A DNA stretch of 47,020 nucleotides from Candidatus Limnocylindrales bacterium. GTDB lineage: Bacteria > Chloroflexota > Limnocylindria > Limnocylindrales > CSP1-4. This document shows positions 38,900 through 47,020 of this stretch, piece by piece. The first letter of the stretch is position 1; each line of letters opens with the position of its first letter. A model generated the notes under the pieces. That model worked only from the letters and a program-made list of their open reading frames with translations. It was not told the DNA's origin and did no database searches. The DNA is taken from positions 1 through 47,020 of the forward strand of contig JBFLKP010000251.1 of assembly GCA_040883225.1 (NCBI GenBank), given 5' to 3'. Made by a program: the position numbers and the translations under genes.

Positions 38900-41800
38900 C
38901 TAGCCCTGGACCGGCGTGGGAGCCGGCGCCTCGGGCGCCTCGGGCGGCGCCTCCTCGCCCGCCGTGCCGCTGCGGAAGCGCTTGTCGAAGCCTTCCTTGC
39001 CGCCATCGACGAGCGAGTAGATGACCGGGACGACGATGAGCGTGAGGAACGTGGAGCTGAACAGGCCGCCGATGACGACCGTGGCCAGCTCCTCCGCGAT
39101 GATCGAGCCGTGGGCGAAGCCGACAGCCACCGGCGACAGCGCCAGGATGGTGGCGATGGCCGTCATGAGGATGGGTCGGACGCGTGTGTTGGCCCCGCGC
39201 ACGAGCGCGTCGTAGTCGGAGAAGCCTCGCTTCTTCAGCTGCTCCACGAAGTCCAGCAACACGATGGCGTTGGTGACCACGATGCCGATGAGCATGAGGA
39301 AGCCGATGAGCGCGCTGATGCCCAGCGGGTTCCCGGTGATCAGCAGCGCGGGAATGGCGCCGATGATGGCCAGCGGCAGGCTGAAGAGGATGATGAAGGG
39401 CGTGATGAGCGAGCCCAGCGCCAGCACCATCACGATGTAGACGACCAGGACGGCCACGCCCATGGAGAAGAAGAGCGAACCGAAGGCTTCGTTCTGCTCG
39501 GCGGTCGCTCCCGCGAACGTGACGGTCACGGTCTCGGGGATCTCGCCGCTCTCGTACAGCGCATCCACGCGGGACTGCGCCTCCTGGGACACGGCACCCT
39601 GGTCGACGCTGGTGATGTCGGCCGAGACGGTGGCCGCGGGTGAGCCATCGACGCGCGTGACGGACCCGCGCACCTCGACCTGCTCGACGCTCGCGACGTC
39701 TCCCAGCGACGCCGTGCCGGCCTGGCCGCTCACGGGCAGCGCCCGCAGGCTCTCGACCCCTTCGATGCCTTCGCTGGAGACACGCAGCACGGTCGTCGCG
39801 GTGGTGCCGTCCTCGAGCGGGAAGGTGCCGATCTGCTGACCCACGAGCACGTCCCGGATCTGCGAGCCGATCTGGGCGGTCGAGGAGCCGATGAGCGCGG
39901 CCTGGCTGGGATCGACGATGACGGCCACCTGCGGGGTCTCCGAGACCGCGTCGCTCTCGACGTTGTCAACGCCCTCCATCGCGGAGAGGTCCACCACGAG
40001 GGCATCGGCGGCGGCCTCGATCTCCACGGGATCGAGGCCGCTCACGACGATCTGCAGGCCACCCCCTCCCCCGAACGCGTCCTGCTCGGAGACGGCCACA
40101 TCGAAGCCGTCGGTGCTGAGCGGCTGGAGATCCTCCTTGATGTCCTCTCGCGCCTGTTCGAGGTCGATGTCGTCCGTCAGGCGCACCGTCACGATGGCGC
40201 TGTTGGACGCCCGCCCGCTGAAGGCCGCCTGGAGCGCTTGTGCGCCGGTGTCGGCCTCACCCGGGATGGTCGACTGGACCAGCTCCACATCGGGGTTGGC
40301 GAGCAGAAGCTGCTCGGCTTCGATGGTCTTCTCGCGAACGCCCTCGGTCGATTCGCCCTGTGGCGGCGAGATGGTCACGGTGAGGATGTTCTCTCCGCCC
40401 GCGTCGACGAAGCCGGTGGGCAGCAGCGGAGCCAGGGAGATGGCGACGAGGAAGAGGAGGCCGGCGATGGCCAGCGTGCCCCACTTGGTCAGGCGGTTCT
40501 TGAGGGCCACGATGACGACCGGCGTGTAGAGCCGTTGCCAGATGGTCATCTTGGGCTCGCCGTCCGAGTCGAACTCGATGTCGACCTTGTCCACGAACCA
40601 GTAGGCCAGCACGGGGATGACCGTGAGCGCCACGAGCAGCGAGGCCAGCAGCGCGAAGCTGACGGCCAGGCCGAAGGGCAGGAAGAACTGGCTGACGATG
40701 CCGCCGACGAACCCGATGGGCAGGAACACCGCAGCCGTGGTGATGGTGGAGCTGGTGATGGCGCCGGCGACTTCGCGGGTGCCGGTGATGACCGAGTCGT
40801 GCACGGAGTCGCCGAGACCGCGATGGCGGTAGATGTTCTCGAGCACGACGATCGAATCGTCGACCACGCGGCCGACCGCGACGGCCAGCCCGCCGAGGGT
40901 CAGGATGTTGATGGTCAGGCCGGCGATGCCGAAGATGGCGATGGCCAGGAAGATCGACAGGGGGATGCTGATGGCGGCCACGAGCGTGGTGCGCACGCTG
41001 CGCAGGAAGGTGAAGATGACGAGCACCGCGAAGAGCGCACCGAGCAGGCCCTCCTGCACGAGCCCGGCCGTCGATTCCTCGATGAAGATGGCCTGGTTCT
41101 GGATGACGTTGATCTCCACGACGTCGGCATAGGCCGCTTCGACCTCCGCGAACGCGTCCTCCACCTCCGAGGCCACGGCCACGGTGTTGGCGCCGGAGCC
41201 CTTGGTCACCGACAGGGTCAGCGAGGGCTGACCGTTGGTGCGGGCGTAGCCCGACACCTGGACCTCGTCGGCCTCGATGGTCGCGATCTCGCCGAGCGTC
41301 ACCGGCAGGGGCACCGACGCGAGGGCCTGCGCCAGCTGCTCCAGCGGGCCGCCAGGCTCGTCGGTCTCTGCCTCGGCCGCCTGGGGGTCGTCCTGGCTCG
41401 ACGCTCCCGACGTGCCCGCGGCGTCGGGGGCAGCACCGGACGGCGGCATGGCCCCGGGCGCGGCCACACCCGACGGAGCGCGTGCGCCCACGATCAGGCT
41501 CTCGAGCTCGGCGACCGAGGCGAACCGGTGTGAGGTGCTGACGGGCAGCCGCAGGCCGCCCTCGTCGATGGCGCCGGACGGCAGCGTGATCTGGTTGGCG
41601 AAGAGGATGCCCTGGACCTGCTGCAGGCTGATGCCGGTCTCGGCCATGGCCTCGGGATCGAGGACGATGTCGAGGATCGGCGTGGGGCCGCCGGTGACGT
41701 CGACGGTGGAGACGCCCTCGATGCCCTGCAGTGCCGGCGCGACCTCGGTGCGCGCGACCTGAGCGGCCTCGACCGGGTCCGCGCCCTCGACCGCGCCGAT

Positions 41801-42220
41801 GGTGGCCACGACGATGGGCTGGCTGTTGAAGTCGAACGAGCTGACCTGCGGTTCACTGCCCTGCGGCAGGTCCAGCTGGCCCACGGCCTGCTCGACCTCG
41901 ATGAGGGTCTCCTTCAGATCGGTCCCGAAGTCGAACTCGGCGAAGACGAGGGAGAGCGAGTTGCCCGATGTCGATTGCACGGTCTGCAGCCGGGCGACAT
42001 TGGAGATCGCTTGCTCGACCGGCTCGGTGACCTCGCTTGCCACGTCCTCCGCACCGGCTCCCGGTACCGGGGTGATGATGGTCACGAAGGGGAACTCGAT
42101 ATCCGGCAAGAGCTCCTGCCGCAGCGAGTTCCAGCTGAAGATGCCGGCCAGGAGCACACCCACCGCGAGGAGGATGATGACGCTCTTCTCCTTCACGGCG
42201 AACTGGGTGAGGCGGATCAT
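38900..42220 (-). CDS. efflux RND transporter permease (AcrB/SwrC-like), copy 2, 1106 aa
   Basis: Collinear with copy 1 and exactly the same length, with the same conserved motifs (GLAVAVGRVVDDSIVVLENI, LMLIGIVVTNAIVLLDF). An ATGA overlap joins it to the upstream marR. Confidence 0.9.
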   Translation of the reverse strand: MIRLTQFAVKEKSVIILLAVGVLLAGIFSWNSLRQELLPDIEFPFVTIITPVPGAGAEDVASEVTEPVEQAISNVARLQTVQSTSGNSLSLVFAEFDFGTDLKETLIEVEQAVGQLDLPQGSEPQVSSFDFNSQPIVVATIGAVEGADPVEAAQVARTEVAPALQGIEGVSTVDVTGGPTPILDIVLDPEAMAETGISLQQVQGILFANQITLPSGAIDEGGLRLPVSTSHRFASVAELESLIVGARAPSGVAAPGAMPPSGAAPDAAGTSGASSQDDPQAAEAETDEPGGPLEQLAQALASVPLPVTLGEIATIEADEVQVSGYARTNGQPSLTLSVTKGSGANTVAVASEVEDAFAEVEAAYADVVEINVIQNQAIFIEESTAGLVQEGLLGALFAVLVIFTFLRSVRTTLVAAISIPLSIFLAIAIFGIAGLTINILTLGGLAVAVGRVVDDSIVVLENIYRHRGLGDSVHDSVITGTREVAGAITSSTITTAAVFLPIGFVGGIVSQFFLPFGLAVSFALLASLLVALTVIPVLAYWFVDKVDIEFDSDGEPKMTIWQRLYTPVVIVALKNRLTKWGTLAIAGLLFLVAISLAPLLPTGFVDAGGENILTVTISPPQGESTEGVREKTIEAEQLLLANPDVELVQSTIPGEADTGAQALQAAFSGRASNSAIVTVRLTDDIDLEQAREDIKEDLQPLSTDGFDVAVSEQDAFGGGGGLQIVVSGLDPVEIEAAADALVVDLSAMEGVDNVESDAVSETPQVAVIVDPSQAALIGSSTAQIGSQIRDVLVGQQIGTFPLEDGTTATTVLRVSSEGIEGVESLRALPVSGQAGTASLGDVASVEQVEVRGSVTRVDGSPAATVSADITSVDQGAVSQEAQSRVDALYESGEIPETVTVTFAGATAEQNEAFGSLFFSMGVAVLVVYIVMVLALGSLITPFIILFSLPLAIIGAIPALLITGNPLGISALIGFLMLIGIVVTNAIVLLDFVEQLKKRGFSDYDALVRGANTRVRPILMTAIATILALSPVAVGFAHGSIIAEELATVVIGGLFSSTFLTLIVVPVIYSLVDGGKEGFDKRFRSGTAGEEAPPEAPEAPAPTPVQG

Positions 42221-42705
42221 CTGGTGGTCCTTTCGGGCTTGGGAAGGCGGGCTCGGGCAACGGCCGTGTCGAGGCGCTGGACCTCGCGGTCGAGGGCGAT
42301 GAGGCTGGTTCGGAAGGCTTCGAGCTCGTGGTCGTCGAGACCCTCGAGCAGGCGCAGGGTGACCTGGGCGCGCATCTCACGCATCGAGTCGAGGGTGGAC
42401 GCGCCGGCATCGGTGATGGTCACCAGCTGCTGGCGGCGGTCCGCCGGGTCCTCCCTGCGCTCCACGTAGCCCTGGGCCACGAGGCGGTCGATGAGGCCGC
42501 TGACGGCGGAGGCGCCGACGCCCAGCTCGGCGGCGATGGCCGACATCGTGGCGCCGGGCCGGACGGACAGGAGGTACAACGCCTTGGCCTGCGACATCGT
42601 CACGTCGATACCGAGGAACTCGGGCGCGTGCGACTCGGCCACGTGGCGCATGAGCGCGTGGAAACGCTCGAGGATCTCCTCCTCGAGGGGTCGTCGTGGG
42701 GACAT
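42217..42705 (-). CDS. MarR family transcriptional regulator, copy 2
   Basis: Has TMSQAKALYLL...MSAIAAELGVGASAVSGLIDRLVAQGYVERREDPADRRQQLVTITDAG. Confidence 0.9.
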   Translation of the reverse strand: MSPRRPLEEEILERFHALMRHVAESHAPEFLGIDVTMSQAKALYLLSVRPGATMSAIAAELGVGASAVSGLIDRLVAQGYVERREDPADRRQQLVTITDAGASTLDSMREMRAQVTLRLLEGLDDHELEAFRTSLIALDREVQRLDTAVARARLPKPERTTR

Positions 42706-42793
42706 CAGGGCTATCTAATACCTAGCGACTAGGCGAATAGTGTACGCGACCTGAAGCAATCCGCCGGCGACGCCCGCCGAGCGGCCGGGACAG

Positions 42794-42830
42794 CAGGAGG
42801 CCCGGTCGCTCCTCGCGACCGGGCCTCCTG
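42794..42830 (-). terminator. strong stem-loop immediately downstream of ppdK (putative intrinsic terminator)
   Basis: CAGGAGGCCCGGTCGC-TCCTC-GCGACCGGGCCTCCTG forms a perfect 16-bp stem that begins 11 nt after the ppdK stop. There is no clear U tract. Confidence 0.6.
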
Positions 42831-42840
42831 CGTCGCAGCG

Positions 42841-45585
42841 CTACTTCTCGAGCACCGCCTGTGCGGCGGCAAGGCGCGCCACCGGCACGCGGAAGGGCGA
42901 GCAGCTGACGTAGTCGAGGCCGACCTTCTCGAAGAAGTGGATGGACTCGGGGTCGCCACCGTGCTCACCGCAGACACCGAGCTCGATGTCGGGGCGCGTG
43001 GCGCGGCCCTTCTGGACCGCGATCTCGACCAGCTGGCCGACGCCGGTGGCGTCGATCGTCTGGAACGGGTTGAACGGGAGGACCTTCTCCTCGACGTACT
43101 TGAGCAGGAAGCCGCCCTCGGCGTCGTCGCGGCTGTAGCCGAAGGCCATCTGGGTGAGGTCGTTGGTGCCGAAGCTGAAGAACGAGGCCTCCTTGGCGAT
43201 CTCGTCAGCGGTGAGGGCCCCACGCGGGATCTCGATCATCGTGCCGAACTTGTAGTCCAGCGTCACGCCGCTCTGCTCGGCGATGGCATCCGCCTCCGCC
43301 TCGAGCAGGGCACGCACGCGAGAGAGCTCGTTCACGTGGCCGACGAGCGGGATCATGATCTTGGCGATGGCGTCGCCGCCGCGCTTGTTGACCGCGACCT
43401 GCGCGTTGAGGATGGCGCGGGTCTGGATCTTCACGAAGTCGGGGATCATCAGGCCCAGGCGAACGCCACGCAGGCCCAGCATCGGGTTCTGCTCGTGCAT
43501 CGACTGGACGACGGCCAGGAGCTCCTTCTGCTCCTTGGTCGCGGCATCGCCGGCCTTGGTCACCTCGACGAGGGTCTCCTCGAGGTTGGGCAGGAACTCG
43601 TGCAGCGGCGGGTCGATGAGACGGACCACGACGGGCAGGCCCTTCATGGCCTCGAAGATGCCCTCGAAGTCACCCTGCTGCAGCGCTTCGAGCTTGGCCA
43701 TGGCGCCGTCGAAGGTGTCGACAGCAGCCTGCTCCTCGGCCTCCAGGGCGGTACCCGCCTCAGCCTTGGCACGGGCCCGCATGGCCGCGCCCGAGACGAG
43801 GATCGCGCCACGCACGATCTCGAGGCGCTCGCCCTCGCGGAACATGTGCTCGGTGCGGCAGAGACCGATGCCCTGGGCACCGTAGGCGCGCGCGCGCTCG
43901 GCCTCCTCGGGCTTGTCGGCGTTGGTCCAGACCTGCATGCGCCGGATCTCGTCGGCCCAACCGAGCACGGTCTTGAGATCGTCCTGCTGGTCGTAGTCGG
44001 CCGAGACGGTGCCCAGCGCGCCCTCGAAGACCTCACCGGTGCCGCCGTCCAGGCTGATCCAGTCGCCCTCCTTGAAGGAGAGACCGGTGTTGACCGAGGT
44101 GGCGGTCTTGGTCTTGTAGTCGACGGTCAGCTCGGCGCAACCTGCGACGCAGGGCTTGCCGATCTGGCGCGCCACGACCGCGGCGTGGCTGGTGGCACCA
44201 CCGCGGGCGGTGAGGATGCCCTCGGCGATGGCCATGCCGTGGAAGTCGTCGGGGCTGGTCTCGATGCGCACGAGCACGACCTTCTTGCCCTGCTCGACCC
44301 ACTCCACGGCGTCGTCGGCGTCGAACACGACCTGGCCGACCGCTGCGCCCGGGGAAGCGTTGAGGCCCTTGGCGATCTTGCTGGCGCCCTTGAGGGCGTC
44401 GGGATCGTACTGGTCACGCAGGAGCTGGTCGACCATGGCCGGCTCGATGCGTGCGAGCGCCTCCTCCTTGGTGATGATGCCGTCCTTGACCATGTCGGAA
44501 GCGATCTTCACGGCAGCGGCCGCGGTGCGCTTGCCGGAGCGGGTCTGCAGCATGTAGAGCCGACCACGCTCGATGGTGAACTCCATGTCCTGCATGTCCC
44601 GGTAGTGGTGCTCGAGGCGGTCGGCGATGGCCTGGAACTCCTCGTGCGCCTTCGGCATCTGCTCCTGGAGGTGTGCGATGGGGAACGGCGTGCGGATGCC
44701 GGCCACGACGTCCTCGCCCTGGGCATTGGTGAGGTACTCGCCGAAGAGCGTGTTCTCGCCGGTGCTGGGGTTACGTGAGAAGGCCACGCCCGTACCGGAG
44801 TCTTCGCCCATGTTGCCGAAGACCATCATCATCACGTTCACGGCAGTGCCGAGGTCGTGCGGGATCTTCTGGTTGTCGCGGTAGTCGCGAGCGCGCTTGC
44901 CGAACCAGCTGGCGAAGACGGCCTTGATGGCCAGGTCGAGCTGCTGGTAGGGATCCTGCGGGAACTCGGAGCCGGTCTCGTCGAGGACGATGGCCTTGAG
45001 CTCCTGCACGACCGCCTTCATGCCCTCGGCATCGACGTCGGTGTCCTGCTTGGCACCGACCTTCTCCTTGACCGCGTCGAGGGCAGCGTCCATGCGCTCA
45101 CCGTTGACGCCGAGCACGATGCGACCGAAGAGCTGGATGAAGCGGCGGTAGGCATCCCAGCCGAAGCGCTCGTTGTCGGTCAGCTTGATGAGGCCCTGCA
45201 GGGTCTCCTCGTTGAGGCCGAGGTTGAGGACGGTGTCCATCATGCCCGGCATGGAGAACTTGGCCCCGGAGCGGACGCTCAGGAGCAGCGGGTTCTCGAC
45301 GTTGCCGAGACCCTTGCCGGATTCGGCCTCGACCTGGGCCACGGCCGCCTTGACGTCCTCCCACAGGCCCTGCGGCAGCGTCTCGCCGGCGCTGAAGTAG
45401 TCGTTGCAGGCCTCGGTGGTGATGGTGAAGCCACCCGGCACGGGGAGGCCGGCCTTGGTCATCTCGGCGAGACCGGCGCCCTTTCCGCCGAGGAGATCGC
45501 GCATGGTGCCATCACCTTCGGCCTCACCGGCACCGAAGGCGTAGACGTACTTCTTGGCAGCGACTTGTGGTCGGGAAGCGGACAT
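42841..45585 (-). CDS. ppdK: pyruvate, phosphate dikinase
   Basis: Has an ATP-grasp N-terminus (KKYVYAFGAGEAEGDGTMRDLLGGKGAGLAEM), the phosphohistidine motif GGATSHAAVVARQIGKPCV, and the PEP/pyruvate-domain motif FFSFGTNDLTQM. The start is trimmed to M24 of ORF 42841..45654. Confidence 0.95.
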   Translation of the reverse strand: MSASRPQVAAKKYVYAFGAGEAEGDGTMRDLLGGKGAGLAEMTKAGLPVPGGFTITTEACNDYFSAGETLPQGLWEDVKAAVAQVEAESGKGLGNVENPLLLSVRSGAKFSMPGMMDTVLNLGLNEETLQGLIKLTDNERFGWDAYRRFIQLFGRIVLGVNGERMDAALDAVKEKVGAKQDTDVDAEGMKAVVQELKAIVLDETGSEFPQDPYQQLDLAIKAVFASWFGKRARDYRDNQKIPHDLGTAVNVMMMVFGNMGEDSGTGVAFSRNPSTGENTLFGEYLTNAQGEDVVAGIRTPFPIAHLQEQMPKAHEEFQAIADRLEHHYRDMQDMEFTIERGRLYMLQTRSGKRTAAAAVKIASDMVKDGIITKEEALARIEPAMVDQLLRDQYDPDALKGASKIAKGLNASPGAAVGQVVFDADDAVEWVEQGKKVVLVRIETSPDDFHGMAIAEGILTARGGATSHAAVVARQIGKPCVAGCAELTVDYKTKTATSVNTGLSFKEGDWISLDGGTGEVFEGALGTVSADYDQQDDLKTVLGWADEIRRMQVWTNADKPEEAERARAYGAQGIGLCRTEHMFREGERLEIVRGAILVSGAAMRARAKAEAGTALEAEEQAAVDTFDGAMAKLEALQQGDFEGIFEAMKGLPVVVRLIDPPLHEFLPNLEETLVEVTKAGDAATKEQKELLAVVQSMHEQNPMLGLRGVRLGLMIPDFVKIQTRAILNAQVAVNKRGGDAIAKIMIPLVGHVNELSRVRALLEAEADAIAEQSGVTLDYKFGTMIEIPRGALTADEIAKEASFFSFGTNDLTQMAFGYSRDDAEGGFLLKYVEEKVLPFNPFQTIDATGVGQLVEIAVQKGRATRPDIELGVCGEHGGDPESIHFFEKVGLDYVSCSPFRVPVARLAAAQAVLEK

Positions 45586-45817
45586 AGAGAGAGGAACCTC
45601 TGGATGTGGGCTGCGGGCATGGGCTGCCACGCGTCGGTATCTGGACGGGTCCAATGATAGACGACAGCCGAAGCGGCACTACTGCCATCCGGCCCCCCGT
45701 GACGGGGTCCGGCTGGCCGCCGGGCGCGCCGGCTGGGCCGCGGTCGTGGGCGGCCACGCACCGATACCCGGGCGGCACCGGTGCGCTCCCCTCGTTCTGC
45801 CCGTGGCCCGTACACTC

Positions 45818-46627
45818 ATGGTCATGACCGACCAACTCCGTGACCCGCGCGTCATCGAGCCCACGGCGGAGAAGTACAACGCCACGCTCGTGAAGCGCGA
45901 GGACGACAACGACTCGCTGGCCCGCTTCTGGGTCCGCTACGACGGGCCGGAGCAGCCCGATTTCGAGCCCGGCCAGTACATGACCATCGGCGTCTACGCC
46001 GACGACAAGCTCTACCAGCGGCCGTACTCGGTGGCCTCGTCGCCGTCGGCCACCGGAGAGGCCGGGTTCGAGTTCTATGTGCGGCTCGTGCCCGTGCTGC
46101 GTTTCACGACCCTGCTCTGGCGCCTGCCCGTGGGTCACCAGATGCGCATGATCGGCCCCAAAGGCCGGTTCATGCTCGAGCCGGACGACGATCGCACCCA
46201 CCTCTTCGTGTCCACCGGCACCGGCATCGCGCCCTTCATCGCGATGTGCCAGCAGCTGCTTCACGACGGCCGCCCACGCAAGACGGTGATGGTCCACGGC
46301 TGCAGCTACCAGGACGAGCTCGGCTACCGCGACTTGCTCGAGGGGTGGGAGCGTAGTGGCACCTATCCGGTGACCTATGTGCCCACCGTCTCGCGACCGC
46401 ACGAGGAGCGCAACGACGGCTGGACCGGCTACACGGGTCGCGCCGAGACCATCCTCGAGGACGTGTGCAAGAACGAGGCGCTGGAGCCGGAGAACACGGT
46501 CGTGTACCTCTGCGGCAACCCGGAGATGATCATCAACGCCGAGCGAGCGTTGATGGAGCTGGGCTACCCGGAGTTCCACGTCAAGAAGGAGCTCTACTGG
46601 CCCAAGGGCAAGAAGCCGACCGCCTGA
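45818..46627 (+). CDS. ferredoxin-NADP(+) reductase family flavoprotein (plant-type FNR fold, bacterial subclass)
   Basis: Has the FAD motif RPYSVAS, the NADP motif STGTGIAPF, and YLCGNPEM. The start is trimmed to M89 (alternative M91) of ORF 45554..46627. Confidence 0.85.
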   Translation: MVMTDQLRDPRVIEPTAEKYNATLVKREDDNDSLARFWVRYDGPEQPDFEPGQYMTIGVYADDKLYQRPYSVASSPSATGEAGFEFYVRLVPVLRFTTLLWRLPVGHQMRMIGPKGRFMLEPDDDRTHLFVSTGTGIAPFIAMCQQLLHDGRPRKTVMVHGCSYQDELGYRDLLEGWERSGTYPVTYVPTVSRPHEERNDGWTGYTGRAETILEDVCKNEALEPENTVVYLCGNPEMIINAERALMELGYPEFHVKKELYWPKGKKPTA

Positions 46628-46754
46628 GCTCATCGAGGCCGCTGGCCGTATGACCAACGGCCTGCCAGAATGGTTCGCACGGAGGTGCACATTCGATGGG
46701 TGAACCGGCAACCCTTATGCGTATGAACGCATATCGTCGAGCGTTGGGGGTCCG

Positions 46755-47020
46755 ATGCATCCTGTCGTGAAGCGGGAGGTCCTCTCCCCCAACGTCACCC
46801 GTCTCCAGGTCGAGGCCAGCCGCGTGGCCAAGGTGCGGCGTCCTGGCCAGTTCGTCATCGTGCGCATCGGCGACGGCGCCGAGCGCGTGCCCTTGACCAT
46901 CGCCGACGCCGACGCCGAGGCCGGCACCATCACGCTCACCATCCAGGCCGTGGGCAAGACGAGCTGTGACCTGTGCATGCTGCAGGTCGGTGACGCCATC
47001 CAGGACGTGGCCGGCCCGCT
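46755..47020 (+). CDS. sulfide/dihydroorotate dehydrogenase-like FAD/NAD-binding protein (NfnA/SudB/PyrK-like), N-terminal fragment; runs off the right edge
   Basis: Manual translation gives MHPVVKREVLSPNVTRLQVEASRVAKVRRPGQFVIVRIGDGAERVPLTIADADAEAGTITLTIQAVGKTSCDLCMLQVGDAIQDVAGP. This matches the pattern (PGQFV.....GERIPLTIAD.D...GTIT...Q.VGK.T..L..L..GD.I.DV.GP) of the small subunit that pairs with GltD-like proteins. It is absent from the ORF track because it is open-ended. Confidence 0.7.
   Translation, partial: MHPVVKREVLSPNVTRLQVEASRVAKVRRPGQFVIVRIGDGAERVPLTIADADAEAGTITLTIQAVGKTSCDLCMLQVGDAIQDVAGP

Noticed and set aside
42937-44778. 613-aa plus-strand ORF
   Set aside because: It lies antisense to ppdK. 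The composition (Leu/Gly/Asp/Ala/Val runs) and the absence of motifs mark it as a shadow ORF.

Overview
GC-rich bacterial chromosomal window; third codon positions are almost all G/C, so long spurious ORFs fill the non-coding frames. I support about 43 protein-coding genes, one tRNA and several small structured or repeated non-coding elements. Gene content suggests a monoderm high-GC lineage: an LCP ligase, DUF2277, RND pumps with no adaptor or outer-membrane partner, and an overlapping dnaG-rpoD operon. The taxon cannot be fixed from sequence alone.

Left to right:
- 1-6289: sugar-nucleotide/glycan locus. Partial rfbF and a membrane-anchored beta-helix protein face a translationally coupled operon of nucleotidyltransferase, DegT aminotransferase, GT4 and epimerase.
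- 6316-9020: gluQ, an orphan HNH endonuclease, a secreted TSP3-repeat/SGNH protein, and tRNA-Asn.
- 9147-10945: GIDE-domain membrane protein, LemA, and an unlisted 39-codon membrane smORF.
- 10967-13465: TetR gene divergent from a quinone oxidoreductase-deaminase pair.
- 13841-17660: dnaG-rpoD.
- 17768-17902: a TTGACA-rich repeat array upstream of dnaG.
- 17996-25234: two coupled serine hydrolases, a membrane protein, a GlxA regulator, a VOC protein, YihY, mtnN, and a secreted 11-residue-repeat protein.
- 25265-29642: AapJQMP-type amino-acid ABC transporter.
- 29965-34902: envelope neighbourhood of a GT-B-like protein, a CAP-domain protein, a bitopic membrane protein, LCP and DUF2277.
- 34918-42705: a tandemly duplicated MarR + 1106-aa RND cassette.
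- 42841-47020: ppdK, an FNR-type reductase, and the start of an NfnA/SudB-like gene.

I saw no rRNA, CRISPR array, transposase, integrase or phage genes, and no recognisable defence system. The items most worth a second look are the insertions in the primary sigma factor, the TTGACA array, the GIDE-LemA-smORF module, the duplicated MarR-RND cassette with a shared disordered insertion, and an atypical tRNA-Asn. All product calls rest on motif recognition by eye, not on database searches.
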